Counted from the stretch's first letter, positions 9,206-18,701 are shown. The stretch: 64,000 bases of DNA from Sandaracinaceae bacterium (GCA_044220955.1 JBGAQA010000020.1:25284-89283), one strand, 5' to 3'. Numbers and translations are program-made. The notes: a model not told the origin generated them from the sequence alone.

Positions 9206-9470
9206 GTCGAGCGGGTCCTCGAGCAAGCCCGGTCCCGCCCTGCGCCGCGTCCGATCCCACGTCGATCGGCCCGCGCGCGGGTCGGACCACCCACGCGGGC
9301 CGTGTTCGGGTCGCCACTTCCACGCCGGGCCGGGCACGGTCACGCTGGACCCCAGCGGGTCGAGGGCGATCGTGCCGTTTGGTCGCGCTCGCTGGGGACG
9401 CCGTTCCCCAGGGCCGAGCGAAGCTCCCCGGATCACGCGCGAATCGGACCCGATTGACCTCCGGGGTCCG

Positions 9471-9486
9471 GGGCACGCAACATGCT
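9471..9486 (+). promoter_or_regulatory. Putative sigma54 (-24/-12) promoter of the Tad-like cluster
   Basis: GGGCACGCAACATGCT gives GG-N10-GC with a GGCACG core, about 40 bp upstream of GGAGG-ATG 9523. Confidence 0.55.
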
Positions 9487-9522
9487 CAGGCAACCCCGGC
9501 GGGTTCCCTTTCGGAGGTGCCG

Positions 9523-10764
9523 ATGACGACCGCGAGCATAGACAGCCCCGGCAGTGCGCGCCCCGGCAAGAGGCGCAGCCTCCTCTCGGACGACTCCGGC
9601 GCCACGATGGTGATGGGCGTCTTCATGGCCATGATGGTCGTGGGGATGATCTATTACGTCTGGGGCCTCGGCGGGACGATCATCCACCGCGAGCGCATGC
9701 AGGACGCCGCCGACGCGGCCGCCTTCGGCGCCAGCGTCTTCCAGGCGCGCGGCATGAACATCATCGCGATGCTCAACGTGCTGATGAGCGTCTTCGCCAT
9801 CATCGGCACCGCGTGCCGCCTGCTCTACACGTTCATCGAGGCGACCGCGATCGCCGACGACGCCGCGTGCGTCGCGTGTCTGGCCTCGGTCGTGTGCATC
9901 CCGGCGTCGGCGGAGTTCTGCGAGCCGGCGGCCGTCCACGACATCCAGTGGGCCGAGTCGGGCTGGCTGAACGACGTGGCGGACCTCTGCGACACCGTCG
10001 CCCAGGGCATCCACGGCGTGCAGGTGGTGGTGCGCGTCGGCGCGATGGCCGGCGCCGAGGGCTACGTCCTCACCATGCTCCCCGCGCGGTATCGCCCGAC
10101 GGTGACCGAGGGCGTGTTCATCCCCGGCTCGCTCCAGCTGTCCATCCAGAGCGAGGACGACGACAGCACCTGGGCGTGCCACCACGGCTGGACGGGGATG
10201 TTCGTACGCGGGCCGGCGCTGCTGCTGGTCGCGGTCGGCGAGCTCGTGCTCTTCGAGCCCATCAGCGTCGGCTGGATCGCAGGTGAGATCGCCGTCGGCA
10301 TCCAGGAGTTCGCGACGAGCGACGGCTCGGAGCACTACTGCGCCGAGAACGGGGGCAGCGGCCTGACGTTCCAGCGCGTCCCGACCGACTCGTGGCTCGG
10401 CGAGACGAACTTCCAGAACTACTCCGTCGTGTACGGCACGCCGCCCTGGGGCTGGGCCCGCGACAGCGTGGCCGCCGCGAACTGGGGGCGGCTCGGCAAC
10501 TCGGCCCCGCAGGTGTTCGGCCTCGACGTCTCGATGGTCGCCGAGCTGCACCGGCTGAGCTTCGCGCAGAGCGAGTACTACTACGAGCAGGCCGAGGGCG
10601 ACTGCGGCGCGTCGATCCCCGACACGGCGGCGATGTGCGCGCACGAAGAGTGGCTCTGGCACACGCGATGGCGCGCGCGGATGCGCCGCTTCCACGTCGG
10701 CGGCGGTGTCGCCGGCATGCTCGGAACCGTCATCCAGGGGGTGGCCAGTGTCGTCGTGCATTGA
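9523..10764 (+). CDS. TadG-like Flp/Tad pilus-associated protein
   Basis: D.SG processing site then hydrophobic segment, followed by ERMQDAADAAAFGAS...ARGMNIIAMLN (Tad N-terminal signature); GGAGG RBS. Confidence 0.75.
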   Translation: MTTASIDSPGSARPGKRRSLLSDDSGATMVMGVFMAMMVVGMIYYVWGLGGTIIHRERMQDAADAAAFGASVFQARGMNIIAMLNVLMSVFAIIGTACRLLYTFIEATAIADDAACVACLASVVCIPASAEFCEPAAVHDIQWAESGWLNDVADLCDTVAQGIHGVQVVVRVGAMAGAEGYVLTMLPARYRPTVTEGVFIPGSLQLSIQSEDDDSTWACHHGWTGMFVRGPALLLVAVGELVLFEPISVGWIAGEIAVGIQEFATSDGSEHYCAENGGSGLTFQRVPTDSWLGETNFQNYSVVYGTPPWGWARDSVAAANWGRLGNSAPQVFGLDVSMVAELHRLSFAQSEYYYEQAEGDCGASIPDTAAMCAHEEWLWHTRWRARMRRFHVGGGVAGMLGTVIQGVASVVVH

Positions 10765-11254
10765 CGTCGAGCGCGCGCGAGCGCGCGGCAAGCGTGGCTT
10801 CGTGCGCCGGCTCCTCGCGGACACGCGCGGTACGGCGACCACCGAGACCGTCATCATGATCCCGATGTTCGCGATCGTGTGGGGCTGCATCTTCTACGTG
10901 TTCGTCTTCTTCCAGAGGACGATCGCGATGCGCTCCATGACGCGCGGTCACACCTGGGCGTACGCGTACGTCGGGTGCAGCGGGACCGGCCCGGGCACGA
11001 CGCTCAACCGCGAGGGCGGGGGCATCATCCCGGGCGGCAGCTCGGGCGACAGCGGCGTCGACTCGATCGTCGCGGGTCTGTTCGGGCTCTCGACCGGCCA
11101 CGGCAGCCGCAGCTCGTCGGTCACGCGGCCCCGCGTGCTCGGCGACGGCAGCATCGCCATCCGCGACGAGCTCTACGTCATGTGCAACGACGTCCCGGCC
11201 GGGATGGGCTCGTACCTCGCGGACTTCGCGGGGCGCCTGCTCGGGTTCAGCTGA
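10748..11254 (+). CDS. TadE-like minor pilin (start uncertain, 10748 or 10802)
   Basis: DTRG-TATTE prepilin cleavage motif (G|xxxxE) followed by a hydrophobic helix. Confidence 0.75.
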   Translation: MSSCIDVERARARGKRGFVRRLLADTRGTATTETVIMIPMFAIVWGCIFYVFVFFQRTIAMRSMTRGHTWAYAYVGCSGTGPGTTLNREGGGIIPGGSSGDSGVDSIVAGLFGLSTGHGSRSSSVTRPRVLGDGSIAIRDELYVMCNDVPAGMGSYLADFAGRLLGFS

Positions 11255-11274
11255 GCATGGAAGAGGAGACCGCC

Positions 11275-12255
11275 ATGTCGAACGAGGCACCGCTTCCGGG
11301 ACCGATGACGCGCCGCGGGAAGGGCGTCAGCGTGCTGAAGCTGCGCTTCCCGCGCCTCGTCAAGACGCTCCGCGTGCTCGCCTTCGCGGCCACCATCCTG
11401 GTCCTGATGGGCGGCCTCTACGTCCACCGCGCGAGCAGTCAGCTCGGCGAGCAGCTCGTCGAGGTCGGCGACCTGCTCATGCAGTACGACCGCGCCGAGC
11501 ACCAGGACGGCGTGCGGACGGTGCTCGTCAACGGACAGCAGATGCACTTCTCGTCGGGCGTGTCCCACGACGATCCGCACACCGTGCTCGAGCACTTCAC
11601 GTCGATCTGCGACGCGCACGACGCCGGCCTCGTCGAGCAGTTCACGGCGCTCCCGCAGCGCTTCGGTCACCGCAGCGGCCGGTTCCTCGATCCGGTCTAC
11701 CGGTTCGAGGGGCCCGAGGGCGGCGTCGTCGCCTGCCTCGACATGGGCGAGGAAGAGATGACCATGCGCGAGCTCGGCGAGCGCATCGACCGCTTCGACC
11801 ACTCGCACGACGTCCACGACGTCGGCGACATCCGCTACGTCATGGCCCGGCCCTCCGAGGGCGGTGGCTCGCACTTCGTGACGTTCTGGACGGACGGCTC
11901 GTTCGACCTCGACGAGGTCGCGGCGCGCGACGGGCACGACGCCGGCGGCACCGATCTCGAGGGTGTGCCGCGTCCGCCGGGCGCCTACCGCACGATGAGC
12001 GCGAGCGAGCACGGAAACCCCGACTGCGCGGTGCAGTACATGGGCTCCTCGATGACCGAATGGGAGCTCGAGCACTTCTACGAGCAGCAGCTCGTGGCGC
12101 AAGGCTGGACGCTCGTCCCGGTCCCCGAGGAGAACCAGCCGACACAGCTCCGATTCGTCGAGGGCACGCGCGACGACGCGTCCGAGATCGTGTTCGTCGC
12201 GCTCGACACCGACGCGAGCGGTCGGGGCACGGCGACGATTGCGCTGTCGCGCTGA
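11275..12255 (+). CDS. Membrane-anchored hypothetical protein of the Tad-like cluster
   Basis: GAGGAG RBS, single N-terminal TM helix, coding-like codon use, C-terminal HFYEQQLVAQGW motif. Confidence 0.7.
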   Translation: MSNEAPLPGPMTRRGKGVSVLKLRFPRLVKTLRVLAFAATILVLMGGLYVHRASSQLGEQLVEVGDLLMQYDRAEHQDGVRTVLVNGQQMHFSSGVSHDDPHTVLEHFTSICDAHDAGLVEQFTALPQRFGHRSGRFLDPVYRFEGPEGGVVACLDMGEEEMTMRELGERIDRFDHSHDVHDVGDIRYVMARPSEGGGSHFVTFWTDGSFDLDEVAARDGHDAGGTDLEGVPRPPGAYRTMSASEHGNPDCAVQYMGSSMTEWELEHFYEQQLVAQGWTLVPVPEENQPTQLRFVEGTRDDASEIVFVALDTDASGRGTATIALSR

Positions 12256-12283
12256 GCCCTCATCCACGCTAGCCTGGGCCACG

Positions 12284-12985
12284 ATGCGCGCCCTGCTCCG
12301 ACATGCCTGCGTGCTCGCGCTCGCGGTCGGCTCCGCGTCCTTCACGGCCGGCTGCGGCGGGGACGAGGAGCCCTCGGGCCCCCATCCGGGAGGCAGCTCC
12401 GCGTCGCACCCGACGGCCAGCGGGACCTCGACCGGGTTCACGCCAGGCCCGCCCTCCGGCGGTGGCAGCGGGGGCGGCTTCTCGGCGGGACCGTCCTTCG
12501 GTGGCGGCGGTGGCGGCGGTGGCGGTCACGGCCGCCTCGGGGGCATCGGGGGTGTCCTGCACGACCGCGAGGCGCGGCGCCGCGCGGCGATCGAGCGCGC
12601 GCACCGGCCGCCGGGCCCCGTTCGCCTCGGGAGCCTCGACGACACGGCCCAGCGCACGGCGGACTGGGCCTCGGCCTCGGCCTCGGCGCACCCGGTCACG
12701 TCGGTCGACGACGACCAGTGCGAGCGGCTCTGGGCACAGCACGTCGCGACGACCGAGGCGTATCACACGACGCGCCACGACGGCCTGCACTCGGCCATCA
12801 GCGACTCCGAGCAGCGGCGCTTCCTGCGCAACTGCCGCGCACAGTCCCCCGCGATGCAGCAGTGCCTGGATCGTGCGTACCTCGAGGCGCACCAGGACGA
12901 GTGCACCGAGGCGCGCGCGCAGGACCCGTCACGCCGCGCGGCGCACCGCGCCGCCGAGGCCTCGCGCGAGCCGATGCAGTTCTGA
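12284..12985 (+). CDS. Hypothetical lipoprotein with Gly/Ser linker and Cys-containing helical C-domain
   Basis: Signal with TAGC lipobox, Gly-rich tract, four Cys in the C-terminal helical region. Confidence 0.65.
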   Translation: MRALLRHACVLALAVGSASFTAGCGGDEEPSGPHPGGSSASHPTASGTSTGFTPGPPSGGGSGGGFSAGPSFGGGGGGGGGHGRLGGIGGVLHDREARRRAAIERAHRPPGPVRLGSLDDTAQRTADWASASASAHPVTSVDDDQCERLWAQHVATTEAYHTTRHDGLHSAISDSEQRRFLRNCRAQSPAMQQCLDRAYLEAHQDECTEARAQDPSRRAAHRAAEASREPMQF

Positions 12986-13051
12986 TCGCCTCCGAGCGCC
13001 CGGCTCGCCGGGTGCTCCAACCCTGATCCGCCGACGTAGGGAGCTCGACGC

Positions 13052-15082
13052 ATGTGGAACAAGACGTTGATGGTCTGGCTCGCCGCGCTCACCGGCACGA
13101 TCGCCGGGTGCCACTGCGCGAAGGCCACGCACAACGAGGCGGGCGTCGGGGACATGGACACGGGCATCGGCGAGCCGTGCAGCGACACGATGCCCTGCCG
13201 TGCGGGTCTGTACTGCCTCGGGGGCATGTGCACGGCCGACTGCTCGCACACGATGCCCTGCGACAACGGCGCGGAGTGCACGACGGACGGCCGCTGCGTG
13301 AGCGGCGCCTGCACGTCCTCGCCTCCGCTGGCCGGCTGCGGTGACCTCTGCAGCGTGATGACCCCGTGCGATGCGGGTCTGTACTGCCTCGACGGCCTCT
13401 GCACCGCCGACTGCTCGAGCTCGGTCGCCTGCTCGAACGGACGGATGTGCTCGGCCGACGGCCACTGCGTCGGCGGCGGCGTGGACGCGGGCGTCTGCTC
13501 CAGCATCGGCGCGCCGACGGGGTGTGGCGACGCGTGCAGCGCGTCCTCGCCCTGTCCGAGCGGGCTCTACTGTCTCGGCGGCAGCTGCACGGCGGACTGC
13601 ACGGCCTCGCTCCAGTGCAGCGGCGGCCGGACCTGCTCCACGGACGGTCACTGCGTCACCGGCGGCAGCGGCAGCGACGCCGGGATCTGCGGAACCGCCA
13701 GCGCGCCCGGCGGCTGTGGCTCGAGCTGCAGCGGCAGCACGCCGTGTCCGAGCGGGCTCTACTGCCTCGGCGGCATCTGCACCTTGGACTGCACGCCCTC
13801 CGTGCCGTGCGCGAACGGCGGGACGTGCTCGAGCGACGGGCACTGCGTCGGCGGTCCCGGTTGCACCGGGAGCAGCGCTCCGGCCGGGTGCGGCACGACG
13901 TGCAGCGGCAGCCAGCCCTGCCCGAGCGGGACCTACTGCTCGAGCGGCATCTGCACGGCGGACTGCAACGTCGCGGTCGCGTGTGTCGGCGGCGGCACCT
14001 GCTCGGCCGATGGCCACTGCACCGGCGGCGGCGGCGACGGCGGGACGCCCGTCACGTGCAACGTGCTGCTCCGCGAGCAGGACTGCGGCGGCGTGTGCGT
14101 CGCGACGCTCAGCGACCCCGCGAACTGCGGCTCGTGCGGTCACGCGTGCCCCGGCTCCGAGGTCTGCTCCACCGGCACGTGCGCCGTGATGTGCATGTCG
14201 ACGCGCCTGACGAACTGCTCGCGCGCGTGCGTCGACACGATGACGGACCCCGACAACTGCGGCACGTGCGGCCACGCCTGCCCCAACAACCAGCAGTGCC
14301 TGAGCGGCGTGTGCGGGTGCGCCACGTCGCGCGGCCAGACGCTCTGCGACGAGCACTGCGTGAACGTCGACAGCGATCGGCTGCACTGCGGGACGTGCGG
14401 ACACGAGTGCGTCACGACCTGCCCCTCGCGGGCCGCGACGTGCGAGTCCCAGGGCATCGGCTGCGGCCCCGCGGGCGACGGCTGCGGCAACCTGCTCGAC
14501 TGCAACGGCTGCACGGCGCCCGACACCTGCGGCGGCGGCGGCGTCCTCGGGCAGTGCGGCCATCGCGACGGCGGCACGTGCGTCCCGACGAGCTGCGACG
14601 CGCTCGGGATCACGTGCGGCCCGATCGGCGACGGCTGCGGCGGCATGCTCTTCTGCGGTAGCTGCACGGCGCCCGACACCTGCGGCGGCGGCGGCGTGCT
14701 CGGTCGCTGCGGGCGACCGGTGTGCTCGCACGAGGCCTGCATGGACCAGTGCCCGGGCACGACGCTGTGCTTCACCGAGCAAGGGGGCGATCGCATCGAC
14801 AGCATCTGCTTCGACACGGGCTCCGATTCCCGCAACTGTGGCGGCTGCGGCATCACCTGCGGGCTCGGGACCTGCGGCGGCGGCAGCTGTCACTGCCCGG
14901 CGGCCGCCGTCGACGCGAACGGCTCCGACGCCGGCCGGGCGATGTGCCCGCCCGAGGGCTGCATCAACTGCGGCCCGTCCATCGGCTGCGTCAACCAGGC
15001 CGTCGATCGGCAGCACTGCGGCAACTGCTCGACGGTGTGCAGCTCCACGCAGTCGTGCACGAACGGTCGATGCACCCCCTGA
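13052..15082 (+). CDS. Cysteine-rich repeat lipoprotein of myxobacterial type (Stig1-like and other Cys modules)
   Basis: IAGC lipobox; five GLYC..G.CTADC modules, DP.NCG.CG..C modules, two GDGCG...APDTCGGGG modules; GGGAG RBS. Confidence 0.85.
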   Translation: MWNKTLMVWLAALTGTIAGCHCAKATHNEAGVGDMDTGIGEPCSDTMPCRAGLYCLGGMCTADCSHTMPCDNGAECTTDGRCVSGACTSSPPLAGCGDLCSVMTPCDAGLYCLDGLCTADCSSSVACSNGRMCSADGHCVGGGVDAGVCSSIGAPTGCGDACSASSPCPSGLYCLGGSCTADCTASLQCSGGRTCSTDGHCVTGGSGSDAGICGTASAPGGCGSSCSGSTPCPSGLYCLGGICTLDCTPSVPCANGGTCSSDGHCVGGPGCTGSSAPAGCGTTCSGSQPCPSGTYCSSGICTADCNVAVACVGGGTCSADGHCTGGGGDGGTPVTCNVLLREQDCGGVCVATLSDPANCGSCGHACPGSEVCSTGTCAVMCMSTRLTNCSRACVDTMTDPDNCGTCGHACPNNQQCLSGVCGCATSRGQTLCDEHCVNVDSDRLHCGTCGHECVTTCPSRAATCESQGIGCGPAGDGCGNLLDCNGCTAPDTCGGGGVLGQCGHRDGGTCVPTSCDALGITCGPIGDGCGGMLFCGSCTAPDTCGGGGVLGRCGRPVCSHEACMDQCPGTTLCFTEQGGDRIDSICFDTGSDSRNCGGCGITCGLGTCGGGSCHCPAAAVDANGSDAGRAMCPPEGCINCGPSIGCVNQAVDRQHCGNCSTVCSSTQSCTNGRCTP

Positions 15083-15109
15083 GCGAGAGAAGCTGACCTC
15101 GCGGGGCCC

Positions 15110-15763
15110 CTACTCGGGCGTCGCGAGGTTCCCGAACACCAAGCGGTAGCCGCCCGGCGTGCGCATCTCGGCCACGAGCCGGTGCGCCGCCGCGTCGTAG
15201 TGCGCCTCGAGCAGCTCCCAGCCCGAGCAGAGCGAGGCGCTGCCTGCGATGTGGCTCATGCCTTCTGCGCAGATGGTCGCCTGCTCCATCGCGAGCACCA
15301 GCTGCTGTCCCGCGCGGGCGGGGTCGCGCGGCTGATGGATCGACACGACCACGGGCGCGGACGATGCGTTGATCGCGCCGTCGAACGAGAGCACCGGCCC
15401 GATGCGCGTGAAGCGGCTCCCCGCCATCGCGCCGTGAACCTCCGCGGGCGCGAAGGGCGCGCGGCTCTCGGCGAAGGTCATCCGTCGCGCCGAGCCGATC
15501 GGCAGGTGTGGCGGGATGAAGAGGCGAGCCTTGCTGTGCAGCTCGAACGTCATCCCGTCCTGGCCGACGGCGGCGGTGACGTCGCGCGTCCCAGTGCGCG
15601 TCGGCGGTCCGGTCGGAGCGGGCGGCGTGGCCTCCGCCTCCGACGTCTCCGCCTCGTCGTCCTCCGCTTCGTCCTGGGCGTCGAGCGTCTGGACGAGCGT
15701 GGTCCCGAACGAGATCGTGATGGCGACCAGGAGGATCAGGCGGAGCGTGCGGGCGACCGGCAT
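15110..15763 (-). CDS. Hypothetical exported protein, possibly ZU5-like beta domain
   Basis: Signal/TM segment, acidic linker, IGPVLSF...PVVVSI...W...RLVAEM..PGGY pattern. Confidence 0.6.
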   Translation of the reverse strand: MPVARTLRLILLVAITISFGTTLVQTLDAQDEAEDDEAETSEAEATPPAPTGPPTRTGTRDVTAAVGQDGMTFELHSKARLFIPPHLPIGSARRMTFAESRAPFAPAEVHGAMAGSRFTRIGPVLSFDGAINASSAPVVVSIHQPRDPARAGQQLVLAMEQATICAEGMSHIAGSASLCSGWELLEAHYDAAAHRLVAEMRTPGGYRLVFGNLATPE

Positions 15764-15858
15764 CCGGGGATCATGCAACGCCAGACGGCGTGTGAACAAC
15801 GCACCCTTTGGGATCGTCCTCACGTCTGCTACTACACCCCCGCGAGGCGCGAGATCGC

Positions 15859-16440
15859 ATGTTCGGCATTGGTTTCTGGGAGATGCTGATGATCGGCGGG
15901 CTGGTCCTCGTCGCGGTCGGTCCGGAGCGTCTTCCGAGCATGATCAAGTCGATCGCGCGTCTCTACCGGCAGGCGCGCCGCGCGGCGACGGACATCCGGC
16001 AGTCCACCGGCATCGACGACGTGCTGCGGGACGACGAGCTCAAGGAGCTCGCGGCGCTTCGGAACCAGAAGATCCAGCTCCTCGGCGGCCCGGCGAGCGC
16101 CAAGCCCACGGCCGCCAAGCCCGTCCCTGGCAAGCCCGGCACGCCCGACGGCGCGCTCGCCAAGCCGGTCGCGGGCGACGCCAACGCGGCCCCGGTCGAG
16201 GGCAAGCCCATGCCGATCGAGGGCAAGCCCATGCCGATCGAGGGCAAGCCCATGCCTGTCGAGGGCAAGCCCTTCGGCAAGCCGAGCGTGCCCGTCACGG
16301 GCGCCATGGACGCGCCCGTCGTGCTCCGCGGCCTCTCGCTCGAGGATCGTCGCCGCGAGCTGCCCATCGAGGGGGTCGACGTGCTCTGGGCTCGCGCGCA
16401 CACGACCCACGCGTCCGTCCGGGACGGGGAGGCAGCGTGA
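15859..16440 (+). CDS. tatB: Twin-arginine translocase subunit TatB
   Basis: MFGIGFWEM...GPERLP plus amphipathic helix; directly upstream of tatC. Confidence 0.88.
   Translation: MFGIGFWEMLMIGGLVLVAVGPERLPSMIKSIARLYRQARRAATDIRQSTGIDDVLRDDELKELAALRNQKIQLLGGPASAKPTAAKPVPGKPGTPDGALAKPVAGDANAAPVEGKPMPIEGKPMPIEGKPMPVEGKPFGKPSVPVTGAMDAPVVLRGLSLEDRRRELPIEGVDVLWARAHTTHASVRDGEAA
16195..16272 (+). repeat. 21-bp in-frame tandem repeat (x3.7) in tatB encoding (I/V)EGKPMP
   Basis: rtcgagggcaagcccatgcck units at 16195, 16216, 16237 and a partial unit at 16258. Confidence 0.9.
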
Positions 16441-17396
16441 TGGCGGAGCCGGCTGCATCGGTGGACGAGTCGGTCACCTCGAAGAGCCGCCCGGGCACGC
16501 GCGCCGAGGAGAAGCAGGCCGCCTACGTCGCGGCGCAGAAGGCCGCCGCGGCCGGGAAGAAGCCCAAGAGCGGCGACGACCCCGAGGACGACGTCGAGAT
16601 GTCGTTCATGGAGCACCTCGTCGAGCTCCGGAAGTACCTCGTCCGCTCGGTGTGGGGCTTCATCCCGGGGATCATCGTCGCGTGGCTCTACCGCGAGGAG
16701 ATCCTCATCTTCCTCGCATACCCGTTCGTGCACGCGTACGAGGAGCTGCACCTCGGCCAGGCGCAGCTGCACTTCGCCAACCCCGCCGACCTGCTCGTGC
16801 AGTACATGCTCATCGCGCTCGTCTGCGGCGGCATCTTCGGCAGCCCGTGGGCCTTCGCCCAGCTCTGGCAGTTCATCTCGCCCGGCCTCTACCGGCGCGA
16901 GAAGATGATGGCGATCCCCTTCGTCTTCATGAGCACCCTCTTCTTCGTGGGCGGCGCGTTCTTCGGCTACTGGTTCGTCCTGCCGCCCGCGTTCACGGCG
17001 CTGCTCTCGTTCGCCGGTGACCTCACCGACGTCGGGCTCGGAGGAGCGGGCGCGCTGCGCCTCGAGCCGACGATCATGATCGATCAGTACATCGAGGTCT
17101 CGCTGCGCCTCCTGATCGCGCTCGGCGTCGTCTTCGAGGAGCCCATCCTCATCGGCTTCATCTCCTACATCGGCCTGGTGAACTGGAGGCAGCTGCTCGA
17201 GTTCAGCCGCTGGTGGGTCGTGATCGCGTCGGTGGTCGCCGCGATCCTCACCCCCACCCCCGACATCGCCACGATGATGCTCGTGATGGTGCCGCTCGTC
17301 GTGCTCTACTATCTGGGTATCCTGTTCGCGTACCTCTTCGGCCCGAAGGCGCCCACGGCCGCGGAGCTCGCTGCGCAGAAAGCCCGAGAAGAGTGA
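16440..17396 (+). CDS. tatC: Twin-arginine translocase subunit TatC
   Basis: MSFMEHLVELR, QLWQFISPGLY..E, GVVFE.P, AAILTP.PD; six TM segments. Confidence 0.95.
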   Translation: MAEPAASVDESVTSKSRPGTRAEEKQAAYVAAQKAAAAGKKPKSGDDPEDDVEMSFMEHLVELRKYLVRSVWGFIPGIIVAWLYREEILIFLAYPFVHAYEELHLGQAQLHFANPADLLVQYMLIALVCGGIFGSPWAFAQLWQFISPGLYRREKMMAIPFVFMSTLFFVGGAFFGYWFVLPPAFTALLSFAGDLTDVGLGGAGALRLEPTIMIDQYIEVSLRLLIALGVVFEEPILIGFISYIGLVNWRQLLEFSRWWVVIASVVAAILTPTPDIATMMLVMVPLVVLYYLGILFAYLFGPKAPTAAELAAQKAREE

Positions 17397-17809
17397 TGAG
17401 CAAGGAAGTACGCAAGCCCATCCTCGTGGTCGACGACGACCGCGACCTCGCCACCATGATGAAGAAGTTCCTCGAGCACCACGGCTGGCGCGTCGTGGTG
17501 GTCACCGATCCTCGCTCGGCGATCACCCGCGTGATCGACGCGGGTCCGGCGCTCGTGCTCGTCGATCTGATGATGCCCTACCTCGATGGCGAGGATCTCG
17601 TGCGCCAGCTGCGCGGCGTCCTGCACCGCGAGACGCCTGCCGTCGTGCTCGTGAGCGCGTCGCACCAGCGCACCGAAGTGCAGAAGCGGCTGGGTCTGCC
17701 GGCGAGCCTGGCCAAGCCCTTCCCGATGGAGGATCTGCTCGACCTCTGCATTCGCTTCGCGAGCGAGCACCGCGAGACGCCGGGCTCGACGCCGCCGGCC
17801 GTGAGCTGA
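17396..17809 (+). CDS. Single-domain response regulator (REC)
   Basis: ILVVDDD, VDLMMPYLDG, LAKPF; TGATG coupling to tatC. Confidence 0.88.
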   Translation: MSKEVRKPILVVDDDRDLATMMKKFLEHHGWRVVVVTDPRSAITRVIDAGPALVLVDLMMPYLDGEDLVRQLRGVLHRETPAVVLVSASHQRTEVQKRLGLPASLAKPFPMEDLLDLCIRFASEHRETPGSTPPAVS

Positions 17810-17931
17810 GCCTGCTCTGCCCTTCGGCGCCGACTTTGTGCGCTCAGCACCGGTCACTCCGCTCGGCCGCCGATTTTTTTACGTAACCCGCGCGGCGGAC
17901 GACGATCTCCCGGCTACCCAGGAGATCGACC

Positions 17932-18639
17932 ATGAACCGCAAGCTCTCGTCCCTCGGCCTCGCTCTGGCCCTCGCGGCAGCCCTCGTCGCCGCCACCGCA
18001 CCGAGCCGCGTGTATGCCCACGACCAGAGCGGCGCGGGCATCGGCGCCAACGTCACGCTCGGCGGCATCAGCGGCCTCAACCTGAACTACTGGCTCGCGA
18101 GCAGCATGATGCTCGAGTTCATGCTGGCGACGAGCATGAACTTCCCGCGGCCGGACGGCACGGTGGTCGGCTTCAACCTCGGCGGCTCGATCGGCTTCTT
18201 CGGCACGCTCGCCGGCAACGACACCACGAACCTGATGCTGGGTGGCCGCTTCGCCGTGCTCGCGAACATCAACACCACCAACGCCGCCGACTTCCCGGAC
18301 GACGCCGTGACGCTCGAGATCGACGTCCCGCTGCGCGTCGAGCACTGGTTCGATCCCAACTTCTCGTTCAACTGTCAGGTCGGCTTCGCGCTCGTGATCA
18401 CGCCCGACGTCAACGGCGATCCGGGCGCGCACGTCCCGAACTCGGCCGCCGGTGGTATCGGCGGTACCGGTCTCTTCGGTGGGGCCGGCTTCACGTACTA
18501 CTTCGACGGCGGTGACGTCGGCGGTGGCGGCGGCGGGGGCGGCGGCGGCGGTGGCGGCGGCGGTGGGGGCGGGACCGGGCCCTCGACGCCCCCGCCGAGC
18601 GGCGACGCCCCGGATCAGGAGTCTGGCGCGGGCTGGTAG
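17932..18639 (+). CDS. Small outer-membrane beta-barrel protein with poly-Gly C-terminal extension
   Basis: Signal peptide, amphipathic beta strands ending GFTYYF, then a long poly-Gly run and a Pro-rich tail. Confidence 0.7.
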   Translation: MNRKLSSLGLALALAAALVAATAPSRVYAHDQSGAGIGANVTLGGISGLNLNYWLASSMMLEFMLATSMNFPRPDGTVVGFNLGGSIGFFGTLAGNDTTNLMLGGRFAVLANINTTNAADFPDDAVTLEIDVPLRVEHWFDPNFSFNCQVGFALVITPDVNGDPGAHVPNSAAGGIGGTGLFGGAGFTYYFDGGDVGGGGGGGGGGGGGGGGGGTGPSTPPPSGDAPDQESGAGW

Positions 18640-18663
18640 ACCCCGCGCTCGAGTACAGGGAGG

Positions 18664-18701
18664 GGTCGCGCGGCGTGAGCCTCGCGACCTTTCGCCTTTT
18701 T
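18664..18701 (+). terminator. Probable intrinsic terminator
   Basis: GGTCGCG-C-GGC-GTGA-GCC-T-CGCGACC stem-loop followed by TTTCGCCTTTTT after the OMP stop. Confidence 0.55.

Noticed and set aside
13052..15082. RiPP precursor or multiheme cytochrome interpretation of the Cys-rich protein
   Set aside because: Too long and lipoprotein-like for a precursor, with no maturases adjacent. The motifs are CxxCGH rather than CxxCH.
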